From assembly GCA_040768905.1 (NCBI GenBank), contig JAXGMA010000001.1, positions 723,806 through 787,805 of the forward strand: a DNA stretch of 64,000 bases. Direction: 5' to 3'. A program made the position numbers and the translations under genes. Of this stretch, positions 59,658 through 64,000 are shown in pieces. Each line of letters begins with the position of its first letter. The stretch's first letter is position 1. The notes below the pieces were generated by a model. The model was not told the origin of the DNA and searched no databases. It saw nothing but the letters and a program-made list of their open reading frames with translations. This DNA comes from Christensenellales bacterium. Lineage in GTDB: Bacteria; Bacillota; Clostridia; Christensenellales; SZUA-584.

Positions 59658-60517
59658 TGGAACATGCTTTCAAAGTGAAAGACCTACAATACAACTACCG
59701 CACATCCAGAGAAGACGTGATCAGAGGCGTCAGTTTCGATGTGCACAGCGGAGAAGTTTTCGGGCTGCTCGGTCCATCGGGTGCAGGAAAAACGACCATA
59801 CAGAAAATACTTATAAAGCTCCTTGAAGGCTACAGAGGCCAAATTGCTTATTTCGAAAAGGATTTAAAATCAATCGGCAAAGAGCTTTATGAAGAGATCG
59901 GCGTCGGGTTTGAGATGCCGGTGCATTTTACCAAGATGACCGCGCTTGAAAACATGAAGTATTTTTCCGGCTTCTATAAAAAAACGGCCAGTATACAGGA
60001 GCTCATGGAAAAGGTCGGCCTTTGGGAATACCGCGACTACAAGGTGGGGGAGTACTCAAAAGGCATGAAGGTGCGGCTCAATTTCGTACGCGCCATGCTC
60101 AACGCTCCGCGCATGCTGTTCCTCGACGAGGTCACCAACGGGCTAGACCCCAAAAACGCGCGCATCATCAAAGACATCATCTCAGATTTTCGTGACAAGG
60201 GCGGCACGGTGTTTTTAACGACGCATCTGATGAACGATGTGGAACAGCTTTGTGACCGCATCGTCTTTTGCGTGCAGGGCAAACTGGGCGAGATATCCAC
60301 GCCGCGCGACCTGAAAATCAAATACGGCAAGCGTGAGCTCAAAGTGGAGTACAGGGAAAACGGTACGACGGAAAACGCTATTTTCTCTATGCAGGATATC
60401 GGCACGAACAAGGAATTTATTTCGCTGCTCAAAGCCAAAGAGATCGAGACCATCCATTCGGGCGAAACGACGATGGAGGATATCTTCATCAAGGTGACGG
60501 GAGTTGAAGTCAAATGA
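59657..60517 (+). CDS. ABC transporter ATP-binding protein (ABC-2/DrrA-like exporter)
   Basis: GPSGAGKTT, YSKGMKVRL signature variant, LFLDEVTNGLD. Confidence 0.9.
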   Translation: MEHAFKVKDLQYNYRTSREDVIRGVSFDVHSGEVFGLLGPSGAGKTTIQKILIKLLEGYRGQIAYFEKDLKSIGKELYEEIGVGFEMPVHFTKMTALENMKYFSGFYKKTASIQELMEKVGLWEYRDYKVGEYSKGMKVRLNFVRAMLNAPRMLFLDEVTNGLDPKNARIIKDIISDFRDKGGTVFLTTHLMNDVEQLCDRIVFCVQGKLGEISTPRDLKIKYGKRELKVEYRENGTTENAIFSMQDIGTNKEFISLLKAKEIETIHSGETTMEDIFIKVTGVEVK

Positions 60518-61227
60518 AAGGGATGCTCAAGCTGCTCAAGGGCGAGCTGCACCGCCTTGTTCTCTATAAGATACTGCCTGTCAGCCTTGTCACTTCGCTT
60601 ATATGGATCGTGATCTTTCTGTTTATTACAGCGCAGGAGGCAAAAGAACTGCTCCCGCTGCTTGTGTTCGTTGATGTCTCAATGATGTCGATCATTCTGA
60701 TCGGCGCGTCGCACCATCTTGAACGGCAGGAAGGCATCATCAAATCGATGATGATCATGCCGGTATCGTTGGGGCAGATACTCTGTGCTAAGATCATCGC
60801 CGCGATGGTGCTTGCTGTCGAAGCCGCTGTGATCACGTCTCTCGCGCTTCTTGTAATACACGGCGTGGTCATCAACTATGCGATGCTGCTGTTTGCGGTC
60901 GTCCTCGGCGGCGCCGCACACGCGGCCATCGGTTTTTTCCTCGCACTGCACAGCCGCGATTTTTCGACGATGCTGGCGCTTTTGATGGCATACATGCTGC
61001 CGATGGCTTTACTTCCTATCCTTAACGAGCTTAATATCATCGACGTCAATGAGTGGATTTTGTTTGTTTCGCCGGCGCAATCCGGGCTTTTGCTGCTTGG
61101 CTCGGCAGTGACAGAAGTTGACATACTCAAGGTTTTTGCGGCGTTTGCTTACCTGCTGGCTCTGACCGTCATTCTGATCCGGTTTGCGGTATATCCACGG
61201 TTCAAACGCGTGTCGGTGAGGGGGTAG
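60514..61227 (+). CDS. ABC-2-type exporter permease subunit
   Basis: Six predicted hydrophobic helices; ATGA overlap with the ATPase gene. Confidence 0.7.
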   Translation: MKGMLKLLKGELHRLVLYKILPVSLVTSLIWIVIFLFITAQEAKELLPLLVFVDVSMMSIILIGASHHLERQEGIIKSMMIMPVSLGQILCAKIIAAMVLAVEAAVITSLALLVIHGVVINYAMLLFAVVLGGAAHAAIGFFLALHSRDFSTMLALLMAYMLPMALLPILNELNIIDVNEWILFVSPAQSGLLLLGSAVTEVDILKVFAAFAYLLALTVILIRFAVYPRFKRVSVRG

Positions 61228-61231
61228 TATC

Positions 61232-62023
61232 ATGAAAAAATATTTTTCGTTGTTTAAATATGAGGTGAAAACCATTATCCGCGATCCGATGAACATCTTT
61301 ATGCTGTCTTTCCCTCTCATCGTTTTTGTTCTCGGTGCGTTCGTCTTCCCGACAGTGTTTGATACAATGGCGGCAGACGAAGAGGCTTTGATGGTCGTGC
61401 TGCTGCTGCTGATCATTGTGATCCTGACTTTCGGCAATTATTTCATCGCTGCAATGGCTACCTTCCTCCTGCTCGACCATAAGGACGAATGCACACTCAA
61501 CACCATCGCGGTCACGCCAGTCGGGGCAGCCGGTTATCTAAGGTTCAAGATGACTTATGTCTATATATTTTCATTGATCACCACGCTGCTCGTGCTTGTC
61601 GGAGTCAAATACATCGCAGGAGCAAAGTACGCCATTTACGGGATGTCTCTTTTTGATAATGTCGGCATCGGAAAGATCATTGTATTTTCGGCGGTCTCGT
61701 CGCTGTTCGTGCCCGCTTTGGCTTTGTTCCAGAGCGCCTTTGCGAGAAATAAGGTGGAGGGGTTCGCGTACGTCAAAGGCGCTGGTATTGTTGCGTTCAT
61801 ACCCATACTGATGGTGCTCGATGCCATGCAGGGAGGTATGCAGTACATTCTTGGCATATTCCCGAACTTCTGGGCTGTCAAGGGTATGCTCAGCGCTTTT
61901 ATGCCGATGAAGGCCAGCAGCGCTGATTTGAACTTCGCGCTCTATATGGCCATCGGTGCGGTGTTCAATCTGCTGATCATCGGTGTCACATATCGTATGT
62001 TTATCAAGAAAACGCAATACTAA
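61232..62023 (+). CDS. ABC-2-type exporter permease subunit (second)
   Basis: Polytopic hydrophobic protein; RBS GAGGGGG. Same operon as the ATPase. Confidence 0.7.
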   Translation: MKKYFSLFKYEVKTIIRDPMNIFMLSFPLIVFVLGAFVFPTVFDTMAADEEALMVVLLLLIIVILTFGNYFIAAMATFLLLDHKDECTLNTIAVTPVGAAGYLRFKMTYVYIFSLITTLLVLVGVKYIAGAKYAIYGMSLFDNVGIGKIIVFSAVSSLFVPALALFQSAFARNKVEGFAYVKGAGIVAFIPILMVLDAMQGGMQYILGIFPNFWAVKGMLSAFMPMKASSADLNFALYMAIGAVFNLLIIGVTYRMFIKKTQY

Positions 62024-62091
62024 AAAATTTGTTGATGAGGGGTTATTTGCGATGGCTCTGCCCTCGGAATGATTCATCAAAATAACGCACA

Positions 62092-62120
62092 TAAAAAAGC
62101 CCCGGGACACCGGGGCTTTG
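62092..62120 (-). terminator. Rho-independent terminator of hydA (minus strand)
   Basis: GCCCCGG-GACA-CCGGGGC stem-loop; on the minus strand it is followed by a T6 run. Confidence 0.75.
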
Positions 62121-62126
62121 CCGACT

Positions 62127-63866
62127 CTATTTATATTTTGGTTTCTGGTGGTAGTGTGTGTGCAACAGCGCGTGCGCCTTGTGGCCGTTCGGCTCGCCAA
62201 GATATTCTTTATATAAAAGCTTGACCTCTTCGTTATCGTGCGATTTGCGCTTAGGCTTTCCTGCATCCTCGGCATATGTCGCTTTGGCGCGCAGCACATA
62301 AGGGTTGTAATCCATACGGTTACGCGCGGATACGATGGGCTGTCCGCCGCCCGTCACGCAGCCGCCGGGGCAGCCCATGACTTCAATGAAGTGATACTCT
62401 TTTTCGCCCGCCCGCACAGCCTCAAGAAGCTTCTTGGCGTTGCCCGTGCCGCTCGCGACGGCGACTTTGATGTCCATGCCGCCGATATTGAGCGTCGCCT
62501 CTTTGACGCCGTCGATACCGCGCACGCATTCATAATCCACTTCCTGCAGATCTTCGCCTGTCAGTATATCGGCGACGGTACGCAGCGCCGCTTCCATCAC
62601 TCCGCCCGTTGCGCCGAAGATGACTGCCGCGCCGGTGGATTCGCCGAGTACACGGTCAAAATCTTCCTCGGGCAGGTTGGCAAAATCAAGGTTCGCCTGC
62701 TTGATCATTTTGGCAAGCTCACGTGTGGTCAGTACAGCGTCCACATCGCGCAGGCCGTTTACCGCCATTTCATCGCGTTCTTTCTCAAATTTCTTTGCTG
62801 TACACGGCATGATCGAGACGACATATATGCTTTTTGGGTCGATCTTGAATTTTTCCGCATAGTATGACTTGATGACAGCGCCGCCCATCTGATGCGGTGA
62901 TTTGCACGTGGAAAGATTATCGAGGAAATCAGGGAAGAAATGTTCGCAGTATTTGATCCAGCCGGGGCTGCACGAAGTGATCATCGGCAGTTTTCCGCCG
63001 TTTTTGATACGCCCGATCAGCTCGGTGCCTTCCTCGAGTATGGTCAGATCTGCGCTGAAATCCACATCAAATATCTTATCAAACCCGAGCCTGCGCAGCG
63101 CTGCGGCCATTTTTCCCGTCACGCTGCGTCCCGGCTTAAGCCCGAACTCCTCGCCAAGACCGAAACGCACAGCAGGTGCAGTTTGAACAACGACGTGTTT
63201 GCTTGGATCTTCTATGGCTGCCCAGACGTGGTCGATCTCGCTTCTTTCGGTCAGCGCGCCGACGGGGCAGGAAATGATGCATTGTCCGCAGTTCACACAA
63301 GGCACATCATCAAGCGACTTGCCGAACACAGGCTCAACGATGGTGTTGAAACCGCGTTGTGTGGCGCCGACAGCCCCGATCTTTTGTATGCTGCCGCACA
63401 TCGCCACGCAGCGGCGGCAGAGTATGCATTTGTTGGGATCGCGCACGACGGAAGGGGAGACGGTGTCGAGCGGCCGGTCATGGTTGTTCCCCTCATACGG
63501 GATGTCGCCGATACCCAGCTCATCACACAGCGTCTGCAGCTCACAGTTGCGGTTTCTCACGCAGGAGAGACAGCGTTTGTCGTGGTTGGAGAGTATCAGC
63601 TCAAGATTCACGCGCCGCGCTTCCTGTACTGCCCTCGATTTGGTCGATATGACCATGCCTTCTTCGGCAGGAAGCACGCAGGAAGCCTGCAGGCCGCGGC
63701 CGCCTTCGATCATCTCGACGAGGCACATACGGCATGCGCCGATGGCATTAACGCCTTTCAAATAGCACAGTGTGGGTATTCTTATGCTGGCCGTCCGCGC
63801 CGCCTCCAAAACGGAGGTGTTCTTTGGTACCTGCACTTTGATTCCATCTATCGTTAAAGATATCAT
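62127..63866 (-). CDS. hydA: [FeFe]-hydrogenase catalytic subunit HydA (NuoG-like N-terminus, multimeric/bifurcating type)
   Basis: N-terminal 2Fe-2S and His-ligated 4Fe-4S motifs, two ferredoxin CxxCxxCxxxC motifs. H-cluster motifs MPCTAKKFE and EVMGCPGGCVTGGGQP are intact; the first motif reads TSCSPGW. RBS AAGGAG. Confidence 0.92.
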   Translation of the reverse strand: MISLTIDGIKVQVPKNTSVLEAARTASIRIPTLCYLKGVNAIGACRMCLVEMIEGGRGLQASCVLPAEEGMVISTKSRAVQEARRVNLELILSNHDKRCLSCVRNRNCELQTLCDELGIGDIPYEGNNHDRPLDTVSPSVVRDPNKCILCRRCVAMCGSIQKIGAVGATQRGFNTIVEPVFGKSLDDVPCVNCGQCIISCPVGALTERSEIDHVWAAIEDPSKHVVVQTAPAVRFGLGEEFGLKPGRSVTGKMAAALRRLGFDKIFDVDFSADLTILEEGTELIGRIKNGGKLPMITSCSPGWIKYCEHFFPDFLDNLSTCKSPHQMGGAVIKSYYAEKFKIDPKSIYVVSIMPCTAKKFEKERDEMAVNGLRDVDAVLTTRELAKMIKQANLDFANLPEEDFDRVLGESTGAAVIFGATGGVMEAALRTVADILTGEDLQEVDYECVRGIDGVKEATLNIGGMDIKVAVASGTGNAKKLLEAVRAGEKEYHFIEVMGCPGGCVTGGGQPIVSARNRMDYNPYVLRAKATYAEDAGKPKRKSHDNEEVKLLYKEYLGEPNGHKAHALLHTHYHQKPKYK

Positions 63867-63883
63867 GATCTGTACGCTCCTTC

Positions 63884-64000
63884 GTTATTTCTTATAGATC
63901 GCGTCAAACTTACACTTGGTCATGCATGCGCCGCATTTGATACATGCGCTCTGGTCAATCTCATACGGTTCTTTGAGTTTGCCGGATATACAATTGACGG
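63884..64000 (-). CDS. hydB: NuoF-like hydrogenase subunit HydB, C-terminal end (5' part outside window)
   Basis: The minus-strand frame ends ...EIDQSACIKCGACMTKCKFDAIYKK-stop (C-terminal 4Fe-4S ferredoxin motif), 17 nt upstream of hydA. Confidence 0.65.

Noticed and set aside
61571-62299. 242-aa minus-strand ORF spanning the second ABC-2 permease, the hydA terminator and the hydA 3' end
   Set aside because: It would read through a strong terminator hairpin and overlap two better-supported genes. Its composition is typical of an antisense artefact.
62940-63857. 305-aa ORF (and the 209-aa ORF at 62238-62867) antisense to hydA
   Set aside because: They overlap the hydrogenase gene, whose Fe-S and H-cluster motifs are unambiguous. 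The products are Arg/Ala/His-rich with no RBS or recognisable motif.

Overview
This 64-kb window comes from a moderately GC-rich Firmicutes/Clostridia-type chromosome. The signs are GGAGG-type RBSs, frequent TTG/GTG starts, TTGACA/TATAAT promoters, and the presence of RqcH, YlxM/KhpA, a dockerin module and an [FeFe]-hydrogenase. All calls rest on reading the supplied translations and the DNA by eye; no database search or computation was run.

Layout:
(1) 1-31.3 kb is conserved housekeeping: smc-ftsY, a dockerin-bearing amidase, ylxM-ffh-rpsP-khpA-rimM-trmD, deoB-punA, an NlpC/P60 lipoprotein, a DacF-like PBP5 homologue, surE, an RpiR regulator plus HI0933-type flavoprotein, infC-rpmI-rplT with an L20-leader-like attenuator, ruvCAB-queA-tgt-yajC, rqcH, proA, argHG and tig-clpP-clpX.
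(2) 31.4-54.4 kb is a ~23-kb, 20-gene accessory carbohydrate island bracketed by strong terminators. It carries five intact zinc MDR dehydrogenases, one SDR, three iron-ADH-family enzymes and a ferredoxin-nitroreductase fusion. It also has an FGGY kinase, a FucI-like isomerase, a D-psicose/ketose 3-epimerase homologue, a second TIM-barrel isomerase and a MIF-like tautomerase. A CUT2-type ABC transporter and DeoR and LacI regulators complete it. This is the best candidate for an undescribed polyol/rare-sugar system.
(3) 54.5-64 kb holds a zinc-ribbon membrane protein of unknown function, cysteine desulfurase-thiI, a TetR-controlled ABC-2 exporter preceded by an untracked 41-aa membrane peptide, and hydA with the 3' end of hydB.

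No rRNA, tRNA, CRISPR array, transposase or integrase was seen.

Sequence-level oddities:
- The PBP5 homologue lacks both the SxxK serine and the KTG lysine.
- HydA has TSCSPGW where TSCCPxW is canonical.
- A lipoprotein gene has its RBS-backed ATG one frame off at an A5/T5 run.
- infC appears to use a non-AUG start.
- The island's control regions contain several repeat and palindrome elements.
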